Notes under the pieces: model-generated
The model's database searches: none
Told to the model about the DNA's origin: nothing
The model's input: the letters and a program-made list of their open reading frames with translations, nothing else
Program-made: the position numbers and the translations under genes
Part shown: positions 6,004 through 13,592 of the stretch, one piece after another
Position numbering within the stretch: the stretch's first letter is position 1
How the letters are laid out: the number at the start of each line of letters is the position of its first letter
IMG/VR virus record: IMGVR_UViG_2778261231_000014
Coordinates: 1 to 13,592 of that record
From: a virus
Taxonomy: Duplodnaviria; Heunggongvirae; Uroviricota; Caudoviricetes
Direction: 5' to 3' (one strand)
DNA: 13,592 bases

Positions 6004-6300
6004 ATGATCGACGACATCAAGCGCATCGACTCAATGATAAATGCGCTTCGCAATATGAAACAGGACATCAAGCGTCAGCAGAAACTAAGTGAAATAAACA
6101 GTTTAGACCTGTCGCCGAAGCAAGCTCAAAAGCGCAATGCCGATGCTGACTGGATTGCGATGGAACAGATTAAGCGTCGGCATGAGCTGCACGCTCTGTC
6201 TGTTGAGCTTGGGTTCGCTGAGCGCCGGGAAAGTTATGCTCCATTTGAATTAACTGACGGGTGGCACCGATTCGACCACAAGCCGCGCGAACCTCAATAG
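6004..6300 (+). CDS. Hypothetical early protein (98 aa), first gene of the rightward early operon
   Basis: RBS AGGGTAAGGGG before ATG 6004; followed immediately by an intrinsic terminator. No family recognised. Confidence 0.55.
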   Translation: MIDDIKRIDSMINALRNMKQDIKRQQKLSEINSLDLSPKQAQKRNADADWIAMEQIKRRHELHALSVELGFAERRESYAPFELTDGWHRFDHKPREPQ

Positions 6301-6321
6301 CCGCCTAACCAGCGGCTTTTT
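6299..6321 (+). terminator. Rho-independent terminator after the first early gene
   Basis: Stem AGCCGC / GCGGCT, 7-nt loop, then TTTTT; overlaps the TAG stop at 6298-6300. Confidence 0.6.
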
Positions 6322-6456
6322 CATACCTGGAGTCATTTACGAGTGGCTCAAGTTATGACAACCGGCGGCCATCCACCGCCCATTGAAACACTGAATAAAT
6401 GCGTTGAAGTCTTGTATTAACCGTTCCGTTCGCCGCGATAAGGCCAAGAGGAAATC

Positions 6457-6663
6457 ATGGTAAACCAGCACTACGGTACACAGACAGTAAACCGCGGCGC
6501 AGTTCAGCCGGGGATGCTCGTCAAACACAAGGATTCAACCTGGACGGCATCAGCTAATGCTCGTGGTCGTTTGTATCTGCATCGCGGCGTTGAGATGACT
6601 TACACCAGGGATTTGCTGGTTGAAGTTTATCTGAACGGTCTGGGGAATGGCCTCAGCCATTAA
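6457..6663 (+). CDS. Hypothetical small protein (68 aa)
   Basis: AAGAGG RBS 5 nt upstream of ATG 6457; same orientation as the operon. The overlapping - strand ORF 6337..6528 starts with GTG and has no RBS. Confidence 0.5.
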   Translation: MVNQHYGTQTVNRGAVQPGMLVKHKDSTWTASANARGRLYLHRGVEMTYTRDLLVEVYLNGLGNGLSH

Positions 6664-6696
6664 CGGAGAGTTGCCAAAACACTTTAAGGACAGGTG

Positions 6697-6855
6697 ATGA
6701 AAAAAGAATGTGGTTATTGCCACAAGCCTGTTGAAGAAGGCGCAGAAGTAAAGAGCACCTTGCTCTATCTCAACGGTTCGCAACTGGCACAGAAAGAAAA
6801 AGAATATTGCTCTAAGCAATGCGCTGAATACGACCAGATGGCGCACGAAAGTTAA
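6697..6855 (+). CDS. Small Cys4 protein (52 aa), putative zinc-ribbon; absent from the ORF track because it is under 60 aa
   Basis: Translation MKKECGYCHKPVEEGAEVKSTLLYLNGSQLAQKEKEYCSKQCAEYDQMAHES has CxxC...CxxxC. By position it matches the small zinc-binding gene of Rac-type prophages (ydaE position). Confidence 0.45.
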   Translation: MKKECGYCHKPVEEGAEVKSTLLYLNGSQLAQKEKEYCSKQCAEYDQMAHES

Positions 6856-6940
6856 ATAGCAGTCCTGAAATATGAAATGAAAAATTCGCCATTAATTTGG
6901 CGCGGCTTCTTACACCCTTAATTTAACAACTGGAGATTTT

Positions 6941-7228
6941 ATGGAAATCGTAAAAATCGAAATGAACCTGAAAGCAGTGAATAAAGAAGTGGCTGCATTC
7001 AACTGCGAGAAGAAAGTATCAGGCGTTATTCACTCAACTACAAACGGTGAAACAACAGTCATTCTCGACGGTGGCTATGTGCTTGGCAAGTTTGATTGCC
7101 CGCACTGCGCCATTGAGGAGATCAGCTTGCTGGTACTCAAAATCAGCGATAGCGATTACGCCGGCTGGGGAACCTACCGTACATACAAGCAAGATTTTAT
7201 GAATGAGGCGATCGTAGCCGTCAGTTAA
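6941..7228 (+). CDS. Hypothetical protein (95 aa) immediately upstream of the recE-like gene (racC position)
   Basis: GGAG RBS 5 nt upstream of ATG 6941; a hairpin GCCCAC-CGAA-GTGGGC without a U-tract follows at 7235-7250. Confidence 0.55.
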   Translation: MEIVKIEMNLKAVNKEVAAFNCEKKVSGVIHSTTNGETTVILDGGYVLGKFDCPHCAIEEISLLVLKISDSDYAGWGTYRTYKQDFMNEAIVAVS

Positions 7229-7368
7229 GCGAAAGCCCACCGAAGTGGGCCCGCCATGTCCGGCCTCACCGACCAAAGTTACACCGGAAACAACATTAAA
7301 ACCAAAGTTAACCCAATGGGCGCTATCAATGGTCCGGGGATTCTAACACCCAAAAATGAGGATCTCAC

Positions 7369-10300
7369 ATGGAATTCTTTAATGTGGTTAAAGCCACTCA
7401 GAAATCCGGAAAGCAAGATGCAGTGGTCTGGTTCACTGCTAAAACCGAGGCTCGCGCCAATCTGATGCTGGATGTTGCGCTGGAAGATGCAGGTATCGAA
7501 ACAGGTCGGGGTAAGGACTACGCCAAACCGATTCGCACTGATTTCCCAGTTGTCGACGGCCTGCCGAAAGAAGGTGAAGTTGATTTTACCTGGTGTGATC
7601 GCTACGAGCTTCAGGACGATGGGCGCACCTGGCTGCCAAAAGCCGCTGGTGTGTCTACTGGTTCCGTTGACGCCCCCTACACACCTACTCCGACCGTAAT
7701 CGTTGAAGATGCGACTGCGTCCGAAATTGTCCCGGTTGAAAACCGTACTCCAGCGGTCCGCTTTGCCGTCCATCTGATGAACGATAAATACCAAACCCAC
7801 GTCACTAAAGAGCAGCAGTTGGCTGCCAGCGAAATGTCACTGGATGAAGGCAATACATATCTCCATAGCCTGCTTGTGGCAAGGAACGATGTGCCCGCGA
7901 CCGCCAAACTCAGCCTGAATGCTGAGTGGAAAATGATTCGGGCGGTTAAGGACATTTTCACACCCGACGAAGAGCACGAACCAAGATTGATCGCTGCATT
8001 CATGTCTGACTGGGTGAACACCGATGCCGGTGACCGCAATCAACTGGTAGAAGACTGGCGCAGTGGTAAGTTGCAGTTGCTCAAAACTGAAACCAGCAAC
8101 GCTGCTGACGTTACAACGGGTCAAGATCTCACTGTTGAGGACGGTATCCAGACCGACGAGAACGGCCGGGCAGAAGGTGGCGTCGTTGATGGTGAAGTCG
8201 ATACCGAAGAGCAATCCCAGCAGACACAGCAACCGAACCTGATCGTTGTTGCCACCCTGCCATTCCGCCAGCGCGTACTGGCTCAGTTCATCGGTGATGG
8301 TGAATATCTCTATCACATCGACGCAGGGCAGAAAAATGAGATTGTCCGCCTTGAGATGGACACCGATGACGCGTACGTCCAGAACCTGCTGCTGGCAGCT
8401 GAGAATGTGGAAGCATTCAAAAAAGCCATTGAGCACGATATTCATAAAGTCGTGAATGCCGTTAAGAAAGTCTTCCCTGTCGATGGAAAAATCCCTGAAC
8501 TCGCAACCTTAATCCAGTTTTTGAAATTGTGGTTCGCTACAGATCACATCGACCGCGGTATCCTCGTTCGCGAATGGGCCGCCGGTAATCGCATCAGTAG
8601 TGTGCAGCGTACTGATTCCGGCACTAATGCCGACGGCGGTTACGTCACTGACCGTGGACCTGACGCACACCACACACTGGACACTCTCGATTTAGAGATT
8701 GCGTGTGCCCTTCTGCCTATGGACTTCAACCACTTCGAGATCCCGGGCAGCATTCTTCGTCGCGCTAAAGAAATCGTGACCAAAAAAGAAGAACCATGGA
8801 AATCATGGAGCAACATCCTGCGCAATCAGCCAGGCGTTCTGGGTGTTAACCGCACGGCTATTTTTAACCTGGTACGTATCGCACCGGAAAATATTCATTT
8901 AACTCCTGTCGCTCACCTGGAATTTGTTAACCAGACCATGACAGCCGCGTTCAATTCCGCGGTCGAGTTATTGCCGTTGCATGAGGCTGAACCCGCAGCA
9001 CAGGAAATTCCCCAACCTGAAGGTAAGGAGTCTCCGCGCAAATCCTTCTGCACTCACGAAGAGAACCTGCAACGCGTGCGTGAAGAAGGAGCACGCCGCC
9101 GCGCAGAGGAAGCGGCAGCACAACCGCAGAAAGTCGAACAAGAACTGGTTAAAAATGTCGGCAACGGAATATTCGACGTTACGGCTTTGCTGCAGAACTC
9201 AGCAACTCATGGCACGAAAAAGGCTACGGAGACCACCAGCAATGTGCAGGTTCAAGAAACTGTCAGTGATGAAAAACAAGCTGGTGATGAAGTACAGCCA
9301 GGCGAAAGCAGTCTGGAGTCTGGTGAAGAGTCAGATACCAGCCAGAAGGACGATGTAAACCAGAATACGGATTCTGTCGCCAAAAATAGCGATTCTGTAA
9401 GCCAAACCGAACCAGTTGCAGCACAAACCGAGCCAGAAGCGCAATCTGACGAACCGGCTGTTGTTTATCCCGCTTATTTCGAGCCAGGCCGCTATGAAGG
9501 GCTGCCAAACGAGGTTTACCACGCCGCCAACGGCATCAGCTCAACCCAGGTGAAAGATGCGCGCGTTTCGCTGATGTACTTCAATGCGCGCCACGTAGAG
9601 AAAACCATCGTCAAAGAGCGCTCAGCGGTGCTGGACATGGGCAACTTGGTGCATGCGCTGGCGTTGCAGCCTGAACTACTGGACGCAGAATTCAGCGTTG
9701 AACCGGTGATCCCTGAAGGCGCATTCACAACGGCCGCGACCCTGCGCGCCTTTATCGATGAGCACAATGCCAGCCTGCCGGCGCTGCTGTCTGCCGACGA
9801 CATCAAGGTGTTACTGGAAGAGTACAACGCCACCCTGCCGCCGCAGGTTCCGCTTGGCGCTAACCTGGAAGAAACGGCACAGAACTATATGGCGCTGCCA
9901 GCTGACTTCCAGCGTATTGATGGTGACCAGAAGCAGACGGCGACGGCAATGAAGGCATGCATTAAAGAGTACAACGCCACCCTGCCGCCGCCGGTTAAAA
10001 CCAGCGGCAGCCGTGACGCGCTGCTGGAGCAGTTGGCAATCATCAACCCTGACCTTGTGGCTCAGGAAGCACAGAAACCGGCACCACTGAAAGTGTCCGG
10101 TACCAAAGCAGACATGATCCAGGCCGTGAAGGCAGTCAAACCAGATGCCGTATTTGCCGACGAACTGCTGGATGCCTGGCGCGATAACCCGGAAGGAAAA
10201 GTGCTGGTCACCCGCCAGCAGCTGAGCACCGCGCTGAATATTCAAAAAGCGCTTCTGGCACACCCGACCGCCGGCATGCTGCTGACCCACCCTAGCCGAG

Positions 10301-10758
10301 CCGTTGAGGTGAGCTACTTTGGTTTTGACGAGGAGACGGGCTTGGAAGTTCGTGTGCGCCCTGACCTTGAGATCGACCTGGATGGCGTGCGTATAGGTGC
10401 AGACCTGAAAACCATCAGCATGTGGAATGTTAAGCAGGAAAGCCTGCGCGCCAGGCTACACCGGGAAATTATTGAACGTGATTATCACCTGAGCGCGGCT
10501 ATGTACTGCGAAACCGCAGCGCTGGATCAGTTCTTCTGGATTTTCGTCAACAAAGACGAGAACTACCACTGGATCGCCATCATCGAGGCATCCGCTGAAC
10601 TACTGGAGCTGGGTATGCTCGAGTACCGCAAAGCGATGCGCAATATCGCAACCGGATTCGACACAGGTGAATGGCCAGCGCCAATCACTGCTGACTACAC
10701 CGACGAACTGAACGACTTCGACCTGCGCCGCCTTGAAGCGCTGCGTACTCAGGCATAA
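7369..10758 (+). CDS. recE: RecE-like exonuclease VIII (1129 aa): long N-terminal region, acidic linker, C-terminal PD-(D/E)XK nuclease domain
   Basis: Single long ORF with GAGGA RBS. C-terminal RVRPDLEIDLDGVRIGADLKT fits a PD...(D/E)xK signature; N-terminal DFPVVDGLPKEGEVDFTW resembles what I recall of RecE. Directly followed by an annealing-protein gene. Confidence 0.7.
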   Translation: MEFFNVVKATQKSGKQDAVVWFTAKTEARANLMLDVALEDAGIETGRGKDYAKPIRTDFPVVDGLPKEGEVDFTWCDRYELQDDGRTWLPKAAGVSTGSVDAPYTPTPTVIVEDATASEIVPVENRTPAVRFAVHLMNDKYQTHVTKEQQLAASEMSLDEGNTYLHSLLVARNDVPATAKLSLNAEWKMIRAVKDIFTPDEEHEPRLIAAFMSDWVNTDAGDRNQLVEDWRSGKLQLLKTETSNAADVTTGQDLTVEDGIQTDENGRAEGGVVDGEVDTEEQSQQTQQPNLIVVATLPFRQRVLAQFIGDGEYLYHIDAGQKNEIVRLEMDTDDAYVQNLLLAAENVEAFKKAIEHDIHKVVNAVKKVFPVDGKIPELATLIQFLKLWFATDHIDRGILVREWAAGNRISSVQRTDSGTNADGGYVTDRGPDAHHTLDTLDLEIACALLPMDFNHFEIPGSILRRAKEIVTKKEEPWKSWSNILRNQPGVLGVNRTAIFNLVRIAPENIHLTPVAHLEFVNQTMTAAFNSAVELLPLHEAEPAAQEIPQPEGKESPRKSFCTHEENLQRVREEGARRRAEEAAAQPQKVEQELVKNVGNGIFDVTALLQNSATHGTKKATETTSNVQVQETVSDEKQAGDEVQPGESSLESGEESDTSQKDDVNQNTDSVAKNSDSVSQTEPVAAQTEPEAQSDEPAVVYPAYFEPGRYEGLPNEVYHAANGISSTQVKDARVSLMYFNARHVEKTIVKERSAVLDMGNLVHALALQPELLDAEFSVEPVIPEGAFTTAATLRAFIDEHNASLPALLSADDIKVLLEEYNATLPPQVPLGANLEETAQNYMALPADFQRIDGDQKQTATAMKACIKEYNATLPPPVKTSGSRDALLEQLAIINPDLVAQEAQKPAPLKVSGTKADMIQAVKAVKPDAVFADELLDAWRDNPEGKVLVTRQQLSTALNIQKALLAHPTAGMLLTHPSRAVEVSYFGFDEETGLEVRVRPDLEIDLDGVRIGADLKTISMWNVKQESLRARLHREIIERDYHLSAAMYCETAALDQFFWIFVNKDENYHWIAIIEASAELLELGMLEYRKAMRNIATGFDTGEWPAPITADYTDELNDFDLRRLEALRTQA

Positions 10759-10763
10759 GGGGA

Positions 10764-11882
10764 ATGATGATGGAAAACACGAATATCGTAACCGCTGAAC
10801 AGCAGACTCCAAACACGATCTCAGCCAGCAATGCCATTTTCAACGTGCAGGCTTTAACCCAGCTTCAGTCTGTCGCCGGGTTGATGGCACAGGCAGCCGT
10901 AACGGTGCCTGAGCACCTCCGCGGCAATCCGGCAGACTGCATGGCCATCATCATGCAGGCGATGCAGTGGGGTATGAACCCTTACGCCGTGGCGCAAAAG
11001 ACGCACCTGGTTAACGGTGTCCTGGGATACGAAGCGCAACTGGTTAATGCGGTGATCTCCAGCTCAAACGCCATCGTTGGCCGCTTTCACTATGAGTACG
11101 AGGGCGACTGGTCGAAATGTGCCAGCAGCCGCGAGATAACCGTTAAAAAGCCTGCGAAAGGTGGCGGGACGTACGACAAGAAAGAAATGGTACGCGGTTG
11201 GGAAAGTGCTGATGAACAAGGACTGTCGGTACGGGTAGGTGCCGTTATTCGCGGTGAAAGTGATATCACCTGGGGAGAGCCTGTTTTCCTCTCCAGCGTA
11301 ATCACACGTAATTCTCCACTTTGGGTATCAAACCCGAAACAGCAGATCGCTTATCTGGCACTCAAATACTGGGCGCGCCTGTATTGCCCTGCAGTTGTTC
11401 TTGGTGTGTACACCCCTGATGAGATTGAACAGCGCACAGAAAAAGAGATCAACCCAACGCCGCAACGCGTTAGCCTGGCTGATATCTCAGGTGACACCGT
11501 CACAACCACGCAAAGCGCACAGGAATCGTCGGTAAATGTCGACTCTCTTGCCGATGATTTCCGCGAACGCATCGAATCTGCTCAGGACGTGGATAGCGCC
11601 AAATCGCTGCGTGCCGACATTGAAACGGCGAAAGCTACGCTGGGATCCGCACTATTCACCGAGCTGAAAAACAAAGCCGTAAAGCGTTATTACCTAGTGG
11701 ATGCACGCAACAAGGTTGAGGAGGCTATTAAATCCCTGCCCCAGCCCGACGAGCCGCATGCAGCCGAACGGTTCGCTGAAGCCGAGCGCATGCTTGCATC
11801 TTCAAAGCGTCACTTAGGCGATGAACTGCACGATCAATTCAGCATCACCCTGGCGGATATGAAACCGGAATACGTGGCCTGA
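10764..11882 (+). CDS. Single-strand annealing protein, Bet/RecT (Red-beta) superfamily
   Basis: ADCMAIIMQAMQWGMNPYAVAQKTHLV and SPLWVSNPKQQIAYLALKYWARLYCPAVVLGVYTPDE align by eye with lambda Bet. The true start may be the third ATG at 10770, which has better spacing from AAGGGG. Confidence 0.65.
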   Translation: MMMENTNIVTAEQQTPNTISASNAIFNVQALTQLQSVAGLMAQAAVTVPEHLRGNPADCMAIIMQAMQWGMNPYAVAQKTHLVNGVLGYEAQLVNAVISSSNAIVGRFHYEYEGDWSKCASSREITVKKPAKGGGTYDKKEMVRGWESADEQGLSVRVGAVIRGESDITWGEPVFLSSVITRNSPLWVSNPKQQIAYLALKYWARLYCPAVVLGVYTPDEIEQRTEKEINPTPQRVSLADISGDTVTTTQSAQESSVNVDSLADDFRERIESAQDVDSAKSLRADIETAKATLGSALFTELKNKAVKRYYLVDARNKVEEAIKSLPQPDEPHAAERFAEAERMLASSKRHLGDELHDQFSITLADMKPEYVA

Positions 11883-11920
11883 CGAGACCGGGAGGGGTAA
11901 CCCTCCCTCAAGGAGATTAT

Positions 11921-12163
11921 ATGCGACTGATCAATCGAGGAAGTAAGCAATCACCTTTAGCTCGCCAAGCATGCGACATCGCGCTGGCAGCTCACTTGCA
12001 AACATATGGCGACTATGGGCGAAGCAAGATGAAAGAGACTTATACGGTGAAGGTTGAAGGCATGAAAGTCTGGGTGGAGGTGGTGAACCGAAAGGCGAGC
12101 TACGTGGCCACAGCGATGACCGGCATGCGCCGTCTCCGCTCCCTGCCCGGGCAGGTTGGTTGA
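11921..12163 (+). CDS. Hypothetical protein (80 aa)
   Basis: AAGGAG RBS 6 nt upstream of ATG 11921; sits where Rac/lambda carry a restriction-alleviation gene, but no sequence support for that function. Confidence 0.45.
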   Translation: MRLINRGSKQSPLARQACDIALAAHLQTYGDYGRSKMKETYTVKVEGMKVWVEVVNRKASYVATAMTGMRRLRSLPGQVG

Positions 12164-12204
12164 AAAAGATTTTGAATGGCCCGAACGGGCAACTGGAGAG
12201 AGCT

Positions 12205-12402
12205 ATGGATGATATTTTGGTAACGTCAGACCTGACCAGTCGCTACAAAATTTCACGCAAAACCCTTTGGTCATGGCAAAGTGCAGACACAATGCCTCGG
12301 GGCTTCGTATGCCCGTTCCCACCCCCTGACTGGCCCGGCAACCCTAACCGCTGGCGCTCTGAGTCAATCAAAGAGTGGGAGGATAAAAAGAAGATAAATT
12401 AA
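12205..12402 (+). CDS. AlpA/Xis-like small DNA-binding protein (excisionase or integrase regulator family)
   Basis: [34 protein letters not shown]...[12 protein letters not shown] fits the AlpA/phage-excisionase HTH pattern. ATG 12205 with GGAGAG RBS; the track ORF starts at an upstream TTG at 12160. Confidence 0.55.
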
Positions 12403-13592
12403 CTGAAGGGCTCTCCGATGATCTCTTCAAGATGGCTCTGCCAAACGCGGAGCCAGTGTTTCTGATCATCGATATAGTCATGAAGGTTGTAATGCGCCAT
12501 AACCCCCACCATCTGATGCCCGAGCAGCTTTTCAATTACGTGCGGCGGGCAACCTAACTCAGAGAGATTTGTGGCTATCGTCCGCCTCATATCATGAAGC
12601 GACCACTCTGCCATACCTGTTCCATTCCAAATAGAACGGGCGTAATTGGATGCCACAGGTGAATGAACGGGCGAATCTTTGATCCCGCCATCAATTTTAC
12701 GTTGTGAAGTCACCAGGTGATTGGTGTTTATTTTCTTGAGGTGATTTCTGACCAGGTTAACGGCGGCGTCTGAGAGTCCCCTTCTAATATGTACCCGAGT
12801 TTTATAACTGCCCGCAGGCACGACCCACTCATTATCATCCAATCGAAACCATGATCTCTCACTAAGTCGAATCTCAGCCGTACGGCATCCGGTAAGCATA
12901 ATAAATTTCACCAGGAAAACGGACTCTATCGACATATGGCTTTTCAACCACTGATAGATTTTGCGCAGATCGTCATCGTCCATCCTGCGAGTTCTCTTTT
13001 TAGGCTTTTGCCCGACATCAGATGGCAGTAATCCCTCGAGTGGGTTTGAGGCGATCACACTTCTGTTAACGCAGAACCTAAACGCCCGTTTGCACAGCGA
13101 AAGCATGTAATGAGCCATCACCCTGCTTTCTATAGAATCGAAGACGTTGATCCAGTGCATTTTCGCTGTGTTATCGACTTTGACATTCTTCATCGGTTCG
13201 GCGATATGTTTCTCAAACACCTGGCGATAGTAATCGACTTTAACTAGCCCGTTAGCGATACAGTGCCTTTCAATCCAGTAATTGAACGCTTCGGCAACGG
13301 ACATCGCTTCCTGTCGGGTCTGCTTATCCAGCTTCACCTGCTCTCGCGGATCCAGTCCCTCAGTTAACCAGTTTCTGAATTGTTGGCGACGCTCTCTTGC
13401 CTGGGTGATACTCATTGCAGGATAATCACCAACATTGAGTTTTACCGCTTTACCGGCCCAGCGATACCGATAGAAAAATGATATTTTTCCGGCCTGGCTG
13501 ATTCTGGCGTTGAGCCCGTGCGAATCAGAAATAATCTCGATATCATCTCTTTTCTTGCCGAGCGCCTTCCTGAGCTTTGTGTCGGTGATCAT
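12399..13592 (-). CDS. int: Tyrosine site-specific recombinase (phage integrase, P4-like family)
   Basis: 397-aa ORF with catalytic-region motifs LTGCRTAEI (Arg), HDMRRT (His-x-x-Arg) and LLGHQ...AHYN (His/Tyr); N-terminal arm-binding-like domain. The ATG coincides with the window end. Confidence 0.9.

Noticed and set aside
6337-6846. - strand ORFs 6337..6528 and 6550..6846
   Set aside because: Antisense to co-oriented + strand small genes that have good RBSs; the first starts with GTG without an RBS and the second has a poly-Phe low-complexity translation.
7034-10290. Many - strand and out-of-frame ORFs within 7034..10290 (for example 7279..7800, 7837..8445, 9811..10290)
   Set aside because: All are embedded in or antisense to the single 1129-aa RecE-like ORF, which is continuous and has nuclease motifs.
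10600-11572. - strand ORFs 10600..10812, 10854..11039, 11090..11305, 11351..11572
   Set aside because: Antisense to the Bet/RecT-family gene.
1-13592. Search for Chi sites (GCTGGTGG), tRNA genes and insertion-sequence inverted repeats
   Set aside because: No exact Chi octamer on either strand by eye, no tRNA-like cloverleaf region, and no transposase-like ORF.

Overview
This window looks like the early region of a Rac-like lambdoid prophage from an enterobacterial genome, read from the replication module to the integrase. Left to right: a partial Ead/Ea22-like gene, a hypothetical gene, a DnaC-like helicase loader and an O-like replication initiator carrying ori-type iterons (all on the - strand); then a YdaT-like (CII-position) gene and a Cro/YdaS-like gene (-), an operator region, and a divergent CI-like repressor with an S24 peptidase domain (+). 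Next come a KilA-N-domain gene after the repressor, a small divergent gene, a second operator cluster with a rightward promoter, a roughly 400-nt untranslated leader carrying a boxA-like element, four small early genes, a 1129-aa RecE-like exonuclease, a Bet/RecT-family annealing protein, a small gene, an AlpA/Xis-like gene and a convergent tyrosine integrase. No tRNA, rRNA, CRISPR array or insertion sequence was seen. All family assignments are from reading the translations and motifs by eye; no database search was run. The most interesting points are the regulatory architecture (two clusters of the same 8-9-mer about 2 kb apart, a nut-like leader, a possible OOP-like antisense RNA) and the accessory KilA-N gene in the immunity region.
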